From positions 42,532,001 to 42,596,000 of the forward strand of contig OZ024752.1 of NCBI GenBank assembly GCA_964016885.1: DNA of 64,000 nt, read 5' to 3'. The notes beneath the pieces were generated by a model. The model saw only the letters and a list, made by a program, of their open reading frames with translations, did no database searches and was not told the DNA's origin. This DNA is from Eledone cirrhosa. Taxonomy: Eukaryota. The translations under genes were made by a program, and so were the position numbers. This document shows positions 26,079 through 37,708 of this stretch, one piece after another; position 1 is the first letter of the stretch; each line of letters opens with the position of its first letter.

Positions 26079-26147
26079 CTGTTTGGAAACAAGGAGTTGA
26101 CCGTTATTTGACAAAGGAACTTCTAAACATTGGGTGCTTCTTATCGC
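26079..26147 (-). CDS. TYW3: TYW3 exon 5
   Basis: ttctttag acceptor; AIRSTQCLEVPLSNNGQLLVSKQ (AxRSxxxLEVP motif); GTAAGT donor; 69 nt. Confidence 0.93.
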
Positions 26148-26636
26148 CTAAAGAAAATCAAAGACAACATACAAGGATTTTATGATATTATTTGAATGTA
26201 TCTGTCCAGAGAATACTGGGTGCATTTTATTGTGCCACCAATATGGAAAAAAATATACCATATTTCCTGGCGCCAAAGACGCTTTGTCCTCGAGGACACA
26301 CTCTAATTTTGACAACCCAAAATTTTGGAAAAAAATAATTGTTTCTACGTTAGGCACAAGGCCGGCAATTACCCAGTGTATTACTGGTACTTTATGTTAT
26401 CGACCCCGTAAGGATGAAAGGCAAAGTTAACCTCGGCGGGATTTGAACTCAGAATGGCAAGGGCCGTAACTCTATGCGTCAAAGCATGGCGTCCGACCCT
26501 CTACCGATACTGCCAAAAATAATGAACAACCTTCGGCATCTAAGACACATGGTAGATTTTTGAGACTTATTTTAAGGAAATAGTAGCGTCTTTGACGCCG
26601 GGAAATACGGTAATAAAAGTAAGTGTTCTTTCTTAC

Positions 26637-26708
26637 AGCTATAATCTTCCCCTTTTTATTGACTGTGATACCAGAGTTGCGGAACCCAGAAGCAACAGAT
26701 ACAGCATG
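26637..26708 (-). CDS. TYW3: TYW3 exon 4
   Basis: tttcag acceptor; HAVSVASGFRNSGITVNKKGKIIA (GFRxSG motif); GTAAGA donor; 72 nt. Confidence 0.95.
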
Positions 26709-26795
26709 CTGAAACAAGAACATAAATATTGATATATTTAAGACTGTGCATCATAGGTGGCGAACTGGGAGATTTTACATAATGGAAGCTATACC

Positions 26796-27327
26796 ACTAC
26801 TTCAGCAGCATTTAACCAGCTTGTTAAGATCTGGAAGAGCAGGAAGTTCACCCTCAAAACAAAGATGAGATTCTACAACAGCAACGTGCTGTCCACACTC
26901 TTGTACGGAAGTGAAACATGGCACCTTAAGACCAGCCAAGAGAAGAAGTTGGACGCATTCGATTCCAGGTGTTTGCGAAAGATCCTGGGGATTAAATGGA
27001 GTGACCATGTAACAAACCAGGAAGTCAGGAACCGCACCAACCAGCAGCTAGTCTCTTCTGCCATCTGCAAGCGACGCTTGGGCTGGTTTGGGCACGCTTT
27101 GAGACTTTCCCCGGAGAGACTGGCGAACCAAGTACTTAAATGGAACCCACAGGGAAGCAGACGGAGAGGGCGACCCAAAATGAACTGGCGCCAGACAGTT
27201 GAGAGGGACCTGCGAGCGACAAACAGACAATGGCGGGACGCTGTGCAACTGGCTGCTGACCGAACGCGGTGGAACACTATGATTGCCTCATGCGTCGCAA
27301 GATGCGGGAGCTCCTGAGTCTGAGTCT
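26796..27327 (+). mobile_element. Young 5'-truncated RTE-type LINE with 11-bp target site duplication
   Basis: Open ORF ...KTKMRFYNSNVLSTLLYGSETW...RRLGWFGHALR...RRRGRPKMNW ends directly in a (CTGAGT)n tail; TSD GAAGCTATACC at 26785-26795 and 27328-27338. Confidence 0.9.
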
Positions 27328-27955
27328 GAAGCTATACCCTTTTTCACAAGAGAAAACATCTCTCACCCACCCCACTAACGGACAGATTGTTGTGAAAATT
27401 TAGTCATGCTATGATTTTGTAATTTTCAAGAATGCCTTACTAATGTAGTTTCATTATCATCATCATCATCACCGTTTTACGTCCGTTCTTCCACGCTAGC
27501 ATGGGTTAGACGGGTTGTCCTGTTGTGGGCAGTGTCTGGTCGGCTGACCATGCCTTGCTCATACGGGAACTGAGTCTGGCTTGATTTCTACAGCTGGATG
27601 CCCTTCCTAACACCAACCTCATTTACAGAGTGGGCTGGGTGCTTTTTTGCCGTGGCACCTCCACGACCACCTTGCGGTGGGGGGGGGGGGTATATTGTCT
27701 ATATTTCATGTAGTTTTTTTGTTCAGATGTTTATAGTATCTTTACTAATGGATAGAGCATTATGAAAATTTGCAGTATTAGAGTAAAGACTGTAATTTGA
27801 ATTACTAGAATTTTTTTCCATATGCTGATGCGTTTGTGTATATGCATGTGTGAATGTGCATATGCATACATTTATATGTATGAGTATATAAATATAAATG
27901 CACAACAGGCACACTTACAATAATACTTAACTCACAGACACACATTCACACACAT

Positions 27956-28293
27956 GGAGGCACATGGCCTAGTGGTTAGAGCATTGGCCTTGCAATCGAT
28001 AGGGTGTGAGTTCAATTCTCAGACCAGGTGATGTGTTGTTTCCTTGAGCAAGACACTTTATTTCACATTGCTCCAGTTTACTCAGCTGTAGAAATGAGAT
28101 GATAGGGACTGGGGTCCATATCATTCCACTGCAAAGTGGTCGTGGAGGTGCCACGGTAAAAAAGCACCCAGCACTCACTGTAAATGAGGTTGGTGTTAGG
28201 AAGGGCATCCAGCTGTAGAAATCAAGCCAGAATCAGTTCCCGTCCCACCCTTGCAAGCAGGGAAAAGCGGACGTAAAATGATGATGATGATGA
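27956..28293 (+). mobile_element. tRNA-derived SINE family A (RTE-like tail)
   Basis: A box TGGCCTAGTGG, B box GAGTTCAATTC; central CCTTGAGCAAGACACTT domain; the tail GGAAGGGCATCCAGC...GGACGTAAAATGATGATGAT is shared with the RTE LINE at 16330-16480. Confidence 0.88.
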
Positions 28294-28455
28294 CACACAT
28301 ACACTCTCACACAGCATAGTTTTTTTCACCATACCTTCCTTTCTTTTACACACACATACATTCACGCAGGCATAGCAGATGTAAAGAGAGAGGGGTAGTA
28401 TGAGGTAGTTAAACTACTCCTGAGAAAAAAATGTGACAATAAAAAAAAAACTTAC

Positions 28456-28554
28456 AATTGTTTGAGCATCTTGTAAGTCTCGGCACTGAATATGCATCAC
28501 AAATGGTTCAAATTTAAATACAGCATCTCCAGTTATTTCTTGCAGTGGTACTAT
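28456..28554 (-). CDS. TYW3: TYW3 exon 3
   Basis: ttacag acceptor; IVPLQEITGDAVFKFEPFVMHIQCRDLQDAQTI (KFEPFxxHxxC motif); GTAAG donor; 99 nt. Confidence 0.95.
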
Positions 28555-28909
28555 CTGTAAATATTGAAGGCAATCATCATATAGAGATGAATAAGTTAGT
28601 CTTGTGTCAAGATAAAATGTACCTAGTACACTCTGAAACATAATTTAACAAAGGTCTTACATAAACTTATAATGGGAGGGTTTTAGATAAATATAGACAC
28701 TTTAAAATGAACAGTTCTGTATTATAAAACTAGGAGTTGTTTCAGCAGTTTGGCATCAAAAGGGTTGCCAGTGTTTAGTACATAACTTAACAAAAGTTTT
28801 CACATAAAATTATGATGGGAGGTTTTTAGATTAAATATAAACACTTTGTATTAAATATAAACACTTTGAATTAGAGTCAGTTTTGGGTGAATTGGTATCA
28901 AAGGAGTTA

Positions 28910-29362
28910 CCACTGCTTGGATCATAAAACAGCATAGCTCCCATGACTTTCAGAAATATTTTTTCACACTTAAAGTTACTGAAACATGGAACAAACTACC
29001 TGCATCAGTTGTTAGCTGTCAGGACACTGCATCCTTTAACACCTCCATGGAACAAACTACCTGCATCAGTTGTTAGCTGTCAGGACACTGCATCATTTAA
29101 AACCTCCATGGAACAAACTACCTGCATCAGTTGTTAGCTGTCACGACACTGCATCCTTTAAAACCTCCATGCTTCCTGAAATTCGCCAACACTACACCTG
29201 ATATCGCCCCTCCATACACACGCACGCTTGTGTCTGTGTGTGTATCATGACTCATACGTTGTTCACTTCCCTGACACTTGTACATTATTCTATGTACTAT
29301 ACATACACCTTTGATGAGTTGTAGTGTACCTGAGCACTGTACACAATAATTTCATTATTATA
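28910..29362 (+). mobile_element. CR1/L2-group LINE 3' end with a ~60-bp unit triplicated
   Basis: RNIFSH...WNKLPASVVSCQDTASFKTS is a typical CR1/L2-group C-terminus; tail AATAATTTCATTATT; a reverse copy of the tail lies at ~47810-47885. Confidence 0.65.
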
Positions 29363-29498
29363 AAAGTTCTTAGATAAGATTATGTTGAAAGGTTTTTTTT
29401 TTTAGATATAAACACTTTTATACAAATGGCTTTGTATAAAAGTATCGAGAGAGGTTTCATGTAGACTTGGTATGATTAATTAAATAGAATATGCTTAC

Positions 29499-29576
29499 AG
29501 TATCATCAGGATGGACCATGTCATGCGAGGTAAACAACCATTGGCAGCCTTTCTTCTTCATACCATTGGATTCAGC
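29499..29576 (-). CDS. TYW3: TYW3 exon 2
   Basis: tttctag acceptor; AESNGMKKKGCQWLFTSHDMVHPDDT (WLxxxH motif); GTAAGC donor; 78 nt. Confidence 0.9.
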
Positions 29577-29659
29577 CTAGAAATATAGAAATATATGTGA
29601 ACTTGGTATGAGGATTGAGATGATAAATTAAGTAGAATATGTTTACAGTATAAACTCTA

Positions 29660-29965
29660 TAGAATGTACACAATGCAGATCTTGGGTACACAAGAGGTGT
29701 AGTGAGATAGCAGGCAAAAACTAACAGGAAGGGAAAACTTCATATGTAGTAGATGTTCAGGGAAAATTGATAGTGGAAGTGTCAGTGATAAGTACATTTT
29801 TCAAATGCAGGTAGGATCTATAGAGGTGGTTGATAGCTTCTGATATCTAGGTGATCAGATTAGCAAGGGAGGAGGATGCTCTGATGCCTTAGTATCTAGA
29901 ATAAGGACAGGATGAAAGAAGTTTAGGCAGCTGCTTCCTCTGTTGACAACGGGATTTCTCCCTTG
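29660..29965 (+). mobile_element. Degenerate RTE LINE RT fragment
   Basis: GSIEVVDSF*YLGDQISKGGGCSDALVSRIRTG*KKFRQLLPLLT, homologous to 15500-15640. Confidence 0.75.
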
Positions 29966-29991
29966 TCACTCATGCCACTGCTATATTTTAT

Positions 29992-30035
<44 letters not shown>

Positions 30036-30040
30036 GCTAT

Positions 30041-30380
30041 GGAGGCACATGGCTTAGTGGTTAGAGCATTGGCCTTGCAAGCGAAAGGTTGTGAGTTCAA
30101 TTCTCAGACCGGGTGATGTGTTGTTTCCTTGAGCACGGCACTTTATTTCACATTGCTCCAGTTTACTCAGCTGTAGAAATGAGATGATAGAGACTGGGGT
30201 CCCTATCATTCCACTGCAAAGTGGTCGTGGAGGTGCCACGGCAAAAAAGCACCCACACTCACTGTAAATGAGGTTGGTGTTATGAAGGGCATCCAGCTGT
30301 AGAAATCAAGCCAGAGTCAGTTCCCGTCCCACCCTTGCAAGCAGGGAAAAAGCGGACGTAAAATGAAATGATGATGATGA
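30041..30380 (+). mobile_element. SINE family A copy
   Basis: Near-identical to 27956-28293. Confidence 0.88.
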
Positions 30381-30517
30381 AATGATATATATTAAATGTA
30401 TAAATTGAGTTAGGAACTCAAAATAGTCTCTCACAACAAAATAGCCCTAAAGAGAGATTCGCGAATCAGGTCCCTTACGATTTGAACACATATATCTATA
30501 TATCTGTGTTCGCTTTT

Positions 30518-30581
<64 letters not shown>

Positions 30582-30594
30582 ATAGAATATATAT

Positions 30595-30635
30595 CCCGAG
30601 CTGAAGATCCGCTAAGGTGAAACAATTGTTCCGGG
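30595..30635 (+). ncRNA. Minimal type I hammerhead ribozyme (same family as 4391)
   Basis: CCCGAG-CTGAAGA-TCC GCTAA GGT-GAAA-CAATTG-TT-CCGGG; palindromic stem III AACAATTGTT; the downstream sequence resembles 4433-4465. Confidence 0.65.
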
Positions 30636-31089
30636 TATGGTGAACTAACTGTTGTGTAACCACTTCTATATATATATATATTTATCGAAAGAAGGGGAAA
30701 GATTTATTTAATCTTTATTTAGAGAAGAATGGTAAAATGTCTATATGATAAGACAGTAAGCGTGTACATACACCTACATCGAGTACGAACACATGTTCTT
30801 TAACTGTCCATTTACTTGTGTAATAAACTGAAGCATCCTTTCTTCCTATCGAATTAATATGAATCTAGCGCTATCATCGTTGTACAAGTGCAACACCCTT
30901 CGATACACCTCGAATGGGCCAGTCAAAACTCAAAAAATGAATTCGTTGTCTCAGTGTAGCAACTATTAATTCCATTTTCGTTATCTTGAACGTTAAATTA
31001 TTTTTTTGTTTTTTTTAAATAATTTTAAGAAAAGTAAATAAGAAACATAAATTCTAATATTCAAAAGTGTCTATAATACATCATAATAA

Positions 31090-31580
31090 GTGACTCTTTT
31101 GCTCTTTCCCACATCCTGGATGCTGCGGTTAGGACGAGAGTCACAGCTTCTGCAGCCGAGAGGAGTAAGACCCTCAAATACTCTGCTCTGTCGGCCAGCT
31201 ACATCTTTCAGCCTGTGGCTTTCGAGACGTTTGCGGGAGTCGGACCGCTGACTGCGAGGTTCCTTTCCTCACTGGCGACTCGCCTAATAGAGGTGACTGG
31301 CGAATCTCGCGAGGGTGCTTGGCTGTTTCAGCGCATCAGCCTCGCCATCACCCGAGGCAACGCTGCCAGTGTGCTGGCTTGCCTCAAAAATCATTAGAGA
31401 GGTTGCCCAGTACTCCTAGCGACGCTGCTGTCTTTTGCTCTGGCGTTGGCTCCGTTGTTCACCCCTTCCTTTACATTTTCTTTAATATTGTAACATTGAA
31501 GGAATATATCTTTCATTATATCATCCTTTGTAGTGTTACCGAGGCATTTGTAATGTTATTTATGTATATATATATAAAAC
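31090..31580 (+). mobile_element. CRE-clade non-LTR retrotransposon 3' fragment (restriction-like endonuclease)
   Basis: AAERSKTLKYSALSASYIFQPVAFETFAGVGP...FLSSLATRL..VTGESREGAWLFQRISLAITRGNAASVL matches the CRE RLE C-terminus; GC-rich relative to its flanks. Confidence 0.75.
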
Positions 31581-32018
31581 ATATTTGTTATGTTATTCTA
31601 CTGTAACTTTATTTATATGGTCTGTTTATATTTTCATTCTGAAAGAATTGCAAATGATTTGTAATGTATTTATGAAATAAATAATTAACTACATATAGAA
31701 TATTGCCGAAGATGTTTTCTTGAATAGGATGGGGCCAAGGAAACTCCAGAAGGTGAGTGCCGAAAAGGGCCTCGCTGGTTCCTCTCGTGGTACGGAATTT
31801 GACTTTGCAAAGCCCCCAGCTGCCTTCCACGCGATTAGGGTTACGGTTATAAAAAAATAATTTAACTCGGGGAATGTTCAAGATAACCTCGATTTTGAAC
31901 GAAGTTGTGTAACAGAATGCATAGAAAACGTGTAGAATTCGTACATAGGATAACAACAACAAGTACCCAAGGAAATTGTGTGTGTGTGTGTGTGATATTA
32001 GGAACGGAACCAACTTAC

Positions 32019-32186
32019 ATCCTGGAATAGGATTGTCCTGCCAGAACAGGAACTTGTTGTGAAGTATTGTTCCAAGGAATTAATATATTGACACAGAGAC
32101 GAGATGGCTTCGTCAATCGACCCTTTACGACTGCAGTCTATTTTAGACAGACTGTTTTTCTTCTGAAGCGCGAATGATTTAGCCAT
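32019..32186 (-). CDS. TYW3: tRNA wybutosine-synthesizing protein 3, exon 1
   Basis: MAKSFALQKKNSLSKIDCSRKGSIDEAISSLCQYINSLEQYFTTSSCSGRTILFQD contains the TYW3 motifs DxSxKGxID and TTSSCSGR; GTAAGT donor, phase 0. Confidence 0.95.
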
Positions 32187-32301
32187 ATTGAAACACAGAA
32201 TATATTCACAGAATCTAGCAGCAGAATCATCGATCTACGTAAGGGCAACAAAAATAAGTTTTCCTGCTCTCATCAATAACAAGGTTTGATAAAACAAGTA
32301 C

Positions 32302-32356
32302 AAGGGAGGTAACTCTGATCGCCTTCAGCATTCCCTACTCAGTTTGCACATGCGCA
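32302..32356. promoter_or_regulatory. Putative TYW3 proximal promoter: AAGGGAGGTAACT motif plus NRF1-like site TGCACATGCGCA
   Basis: 115-170 bp upstream of the ATG; NRF1 consensus TGCGCATGCGCA with one mismatch at 32345-32356. Confidence 0.5.
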
Positions 32357-32540
32357 TATCTTCGAAAGCATTGTTTCAGTGGCCCTTTATGATCTGAGTT
32401 CAAATCCCGCCGAGGTTAACTTTGCCTTTCATCCTTACGGGGTCGATAAAATAAAGTACCAGTAATACACTGGAGTAATTGCTGGCCTTGTGCCAAAAGT
32501 AGAAACAATTATTTTATTGACAGTATTGGAAGAGCATCAA

Positions 32541-33365
32541 ACAATCCTGTGCCTCCTTACATCCCACATGTGAGTCTTCTGTAGAACGGCATATCGCCAC
32601 ATGACACAATCCTGTGCCTCCTTACATCCCACATGTGTAGAGATGTGAGTCTTCTGTAGAACGGCATATCGCCACATGACACAATCCTTGCCTCCTTACA
32701 TCCCACATGTGTAGAGATGTGTCTTCTGTAGAACGGCATATCGCCACATGACACAATCCTGTGCCTCATTACATCCCACATGTGTAGAGATGTGAGTCTT
32801 CTGTAGAACGGCATATCACCACATGACACAATCCTGTGCCTCCTTACATCCCACATGTGTAGAGATGTGAGTCTTCTGTAGAACGGCATATCGCCACATG
32901 ACACAATCCTGTGCCTCATTACATCCCACATGTGTAGAGATGTGAGTCTTTTGTAGAACGGCATATCGCCACATGACACAATCCTGTGCCTCATTACATC
33001 CCACATGTGTAGAGATGTGAGTCTTCTGTAGAACGGCATATCGCCACATGACACAATCCTGTGCCTCCTTACATCCCACATGTGTAGAGATGTGAGTCTT
33101 CTGTAGAACGGCATATCGCCACATGACACAATCCTGTGCCTCCTTACATCCCACATGTGTAGAGATGTGAGTCTTCTGTAGAACGGCATATCGCCACATG
33201 ACACAGTCCTGTGCCTCATTACATCCCACATGTCTAGAGATGTGAGTCTTCTGTAGAACGGCATATCGCCACATGACACAGTCCTGTGCCTCATTACATC
33301 CCACATGTCTAGAGATGTGAGTCTTCTGTAGAACGGCATATCGCCACATGACACAATCCTGTGTC
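32541..33365. repeat. 75-bp minisatellite (about 11 copies) just upstream of TYW3
   Basis: Unit ACAATCCTGTGCCTCCTTACATCCCACATGTGTAGAGATGTGAGTCTTCTGTAGAACGGCATATCGCCACATGAC. Confidence 0.95.
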
Positions 33366-33472
33366 ATATCTTCTCTCTCGGGTCCAACTTTATGAGATCA
33401 ACTTTTTCAACTTTGTCCCATGTTTTTTTAGATCTTCCTCTTCCACAGGCTGCCTGCACTTTGAGTGTCCTG

Positions 33473-33850
33473 CACTCTATAAGGTGGTAGGGCTGCTACC
33501 ACAATAAAAAGCAGACAGTCCACTCTATAAGGTGGTAGGGCTGCTACCACAATAAAAAGCAGTCAGTCCACTCTATAAGGTGGTAGGGCTGCTACCACAA
33601 TAAAAAGCAGTCAGTCCACTCTATAAGGTGGTAGGGCTGCTACCACAATAAAAAGCAGTCAGTCCACTCTATAAGGTGGTAGGGCTGCTACCACAATAAA
33701 AAGCAGTCAGTCCACTGTGTAAGGTGGTAGGGCTGCTACCACAATAAAAAGCAGTCAGTCCACTCTATAAGGTGGTAGGGCTGCTACCACAATAAAAAGC
33801 AGTCAGTCCACTGTGTAAGGTGGTAGGGCTGCTACCACAATAAAAAACAG
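33473..33850. repeat. 48-bp minisatellite (about 8 copies)
   Basis: Unit CACTCTATAAGGTGGTAGGGCTGCTACCACAATAAAAAGCAGTCAGTC, followed by a degenerate RTE/SINE tail. Confidence 0.92.
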
Positions 33851-33972
33851 CAAGTGTACATTGGGAAGTGGTTTACATATCATAAGGGGATCCAACCATA
33901 GAAACCATTCCAGAATGGAATGTAGGGTCATCTGACCAGTCAAACCCATGCAGCCATCGAAAATAGACTTAA

Positions 33973-34180
33973 CCCTTTAGCATTTACATTACTCTACTAC
34001 TGTATTTTCGCGGTAAAGGCTTTATCTCACATAATATCAAATCTACAAGATTTTGATGATGATATTATTTATTTTGAGAACAATACCTTAACATCAGTAT
34101 GAGTGGTCGGTTATGGCCAGTTTGAACAGAAAGAGGTGAGAGAATTCTGGCTGGATATGACCGGTTTAAATGCTAAAGGG
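33973..34180. mobile_element. piggyBac-type MITE (representative of about 11 copies)
   Basis: TTAA|CCCTTTAGCATTTA...TAAATGCTAAAGGG|TTAA. Other full or partial copies at ~3224, 3443, 8700-8900, 9131-9338, 39431, 49393-49839 (contains a SINE), 57173-57380, 59415, 59767-59986 and 62514-62732. Confidence 0.88.
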
Positions 34181-34977
34181 TTAAGATGATGATAACAATA
34201 TAAAGCAAGCCTTCCCAAAGAGGGAGTCATGTAAAAATTCAGGGGATTGCAAATGCAAATTAAGATTTTATTTTATTTTTATTGTCACTATAAGATCATT
34301 TTTTGCTAGTTATTGCAATTTTTCCAGTAAGCAACTTTCTAAAGTTTCACATTTTTATGAGTCTGACCTTTTGTAGCAAAAATCGCTACCATTGCTTGAT
34401 TTTCCGAAAATGTGGGAGGCCCCTCAGGCAGAGAAGGGCTCGAATTTCTTTTATCAAACTGGAAGTGGGAAGGGCATATCACAATAATTTACTTTTTAAA
34501 AGGAGAGGGGGGGGGGGGGTCGTCAGATCTGACACAAAGTATATTTCTGGATAAACACACATATAGAGACATATTCAGTGAATAAAAATTTTAAAACTTA
34601 AAAAACAAACAAGGTTTTTACTTATAAAGAAAGTATATTCTAATAACAATAAAACAAAGAATTCATTTTGTAAACCCTTTACATAAACCAGAAGTAATTT
34701 GAAATGGTTAACATTAAAATTATTATTATTGTTGTTGTTGTTATTAAAAAAACGATTTCAAAATTATATAAAAAAACAACTGATGAGTATATACATACAG
34801 CTATATACATAGTCACTACTTTAAAATTCATAGCAAATGTTCTTCAAAATGTTTTTAATTAAACATACAGTATATTGTCAAATATGTACATACATTCATA
34901 TGTATATATATTTAGCCTTAATAAAATGAATAGTGAGCCTTATTACTCTGGAGTTTTACCTGTTTATCACAGGGTTA

Positions 34978-35027
34978 TTTTGTCTGATGACTCTGTGATA
35001 AACAGGTAAAACTCCAGAGTAATGAGA
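34978..35027 (+). ncRNA. Degenerate type I hammerhead (G12 replaced by A) in a fold-back element
   Basis: TTTTGT-CTGATGA-CTCTG TGATAAA CAGGT-AAAA-CTC CA GAG-TA-ATGAGA. Confidence 0.45.
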
Positions 35028-35123
35028 CTTACTATTTAGCTTTAATAAAATGAATATTTAAACTCTACTCCGAGAATTGAGTAAACTTTTCTCTTCAGTC
35101 AACTACATACATACATACATATA

Positions 35124-35644
35124 CGGGGTGATTGAAAAGTAACTCCCTATTGAATGCTGAAAGGTATTTCACCATGCTGCAAGATGAAATCTGACCAGTT
35201 ATCAGTACTTGGGAGAATATTGAAGATTTTTTTTTTGCTATTGTTGTTTGTGAATGGCTGAATATGCAATTCCTAAGGAGATGGATGGGCTGTTGTGGTC
35301 CGCATGAGTGGCCAGCCAGAAGCCCTGACTTAACACCCTGCGACTTTTTTCTTTGGGGTTGGTTAAAGAAGCAAGTCTACTCTACCAAACCAATGACTTT
35401 GGAAGAACTTGAAGGACAAATACGAGAAGTTATGTCTTCCATCCCACAAGAGTTACTGGTGAAATCAGTTGATGCAGTTCCCGGGTGGCTTGAGAAGCTG
35501 GTGGTGAATGCTGGTGCCCATATTAAATTTTAAATAAAACTCCATGCTATACGCTTTCTTCTCGTATTCATTTCTTGTAAAAATTATAGTTAAGAGATAA
35601 ATTATAAGAATTTTAAAATAAGGAGTTACTTTTCAATCACTCTG
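35124..35644 (+). mobile_element. Internally deleted Tc1/mariner-superfamily transposon (rosa/maT-like)
   Basis: TIRs CGGGGTGATTGAAAAGTAACTCC / GGAGTTACTTTTCAATCACTCTG with TA TSDs; ORF 35264-35533 contains RWMG..GPHEWPARSPDLTPCDFFLWGWLK. Confidence 0.92.
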
Positions 35645-35946
35645 TATGTATGTATGTATATATATATAGGAGGAAGTTGTAGTTTACTTGAAGCATTGCG
35701 TAATGAGGTATAAACGTTTGGAGTTGGAAGGCCAATACAATGCAGGTATGGATATTGAATATAAATGCAAATGCAAAAGATATTGTTGACAATTAGTCTT
35801 TTACCTTAAATTTATTTAAATATCCTTAATTTTCGAGATAATATCTCTTCTTCGGAGGGAAGTAAAGGGGTTAATCCAGTGTTCTAATTAGCTTGCCAAG
35901 TCATGCTGACAGGAAGCTAATTAGAACACTGGATTAACCCCTTTAC

Positions 35947-35985
35947 TTCCCTCTGAAGAAAAGATATTATCTCGAAAATTAAGGA
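35947..35985 (+). ncRNA. Minimal hammerhead-like motif in a ~185-bp inverted repeat
   Basis: TTCCCT-CTGAAGA-A-AAGAT ATT ATCTC-GAAA-AT-TA-AGGA; the mirror arm has a perfect stem II GAGAT/ATCTC. Confidence 0.45.
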
Positions 35986-36481
35986 TATTTAAATAAATTT
36001 AGGGTAAAAGACTAATTGTCAACAATATCTTTTGCATTTGCATTTATATTCTATATCCATACCTGCATTGTATTGGCCTTCCAACTCCAAACGTTTATAT
36101 ATATATATATATAAAGTTATATCTGTATGTATAATACAGAGTGGGTAACCGCGACTGTGCCAATGTATATATAAATATACACATATCTAATATGTAGACA
36201 TGTAAACATGCCAGAAAATACGAATTTCCCTGTAAGTTGAAAAAAAATGATAGACACCTATAATTGGTTTTCAGACCTAGTTAGGTCATCAGAAGTCACG
36301 CATATCATCTAAAGAACCACAAAGAAACATGTCTTTGATGGACTTATATACCCATTCGCTCTTAAGAGTATTCTGAAATGGATGTACTAATTTGCATATA
36401 ATTAGTGCTCATGTTGGTAGATAATTAAGATATATATTAAGAAGTGCACTAAATGGCCAAAATGTATGACAAAAGTTATAC

Positions 36482-36523
<42 letters not shown>

Positions 36524-36769
36524 TGAGTAACCAAGACTGTGCAAATGTGTGTATGTGTATACAGGTATATATATATATTGATAGTCTGTAGTACGGGGAC
36601 TGGGAAGACCACAAATCAGAGTAGTACTCAATGCATGGTATGATGCAGAGTCATATAATGTTAATGTGGAAAAGGATCGATTGTGTGATCAGGTTTCAGC
36701 TCGTTAACTCTTTCTCAGAGATAACTAGTCAAAAACTGTCTCAGCTCATGGTTCATCCTCTACCTCACT

Positions 36770-37673
36770 AATATATATATATAATATATATATATTATAT
36801 ATATATATAATATATATATATAATATATATATATAATATATATATATTATATATATATATAATATATATATATAATATATATATATAATATATATATATA
36901 ATATATATATATAATATATATATATAATATATATATATAATATATATATATAATATATATATATAATATATATATATAATATATATATATTATATATATA
37001 ATATATATATATTATATATATATATAATATATATATATTATATATATTATATATATATATTATATATATATATAATATATATATATTATATATATAATAT
37101 ATATATATTATATATATATATAATATATATATATTATATATATATATAATATATATATATATATTATATATATATATAATATATATATATATATAATATA
37201 TAATATATATATATATAATATACATATATATATCATCATCATTTTATATATACATATATGTAATACACATATATATAATTATTTCTACTTTAGGCACAAG
37301 GCCAGCAATTACCCAGTACATTACTGGTACTTTATTTTATCGACCCCGTAAGGATGAAAGGCAAAGTTAACCTCGGCGGGATTTGAACTCAGATCGTAAA
37401 GGGAGGTAACTATGCTATGGCGTCCGACCCTCTACCGATACTGCCAATCCACCGCACTATATATATATATACATATATATACATATATATACATATATAT
37501 AATATACATATATATAATATACATATATATATTATACATATATGTGTATATATAATACATATACATATATATATATACATACACATAATATACATATATA
37601 TAATATACATATATATATTATACATATATGTGTATATATAATACATATACATATATATATATACATACACATA

Positions 37674-37708
<35 letters not shown>

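Noticed and set aside
27956-28030. tRNA-like sequences here and at other SINE heads
   Set aside because: A and B boxes are present, but they run into SINE bodies, occur as dispersed copies and lack a complete cloverleaf.
32557-33367. 265-aa and 183-aa Cys/His-containing repeat ORFs
   Set aside because: Translations of a 75-bp minisatellite; the spacing does not fit C2H2 zinc fingers.
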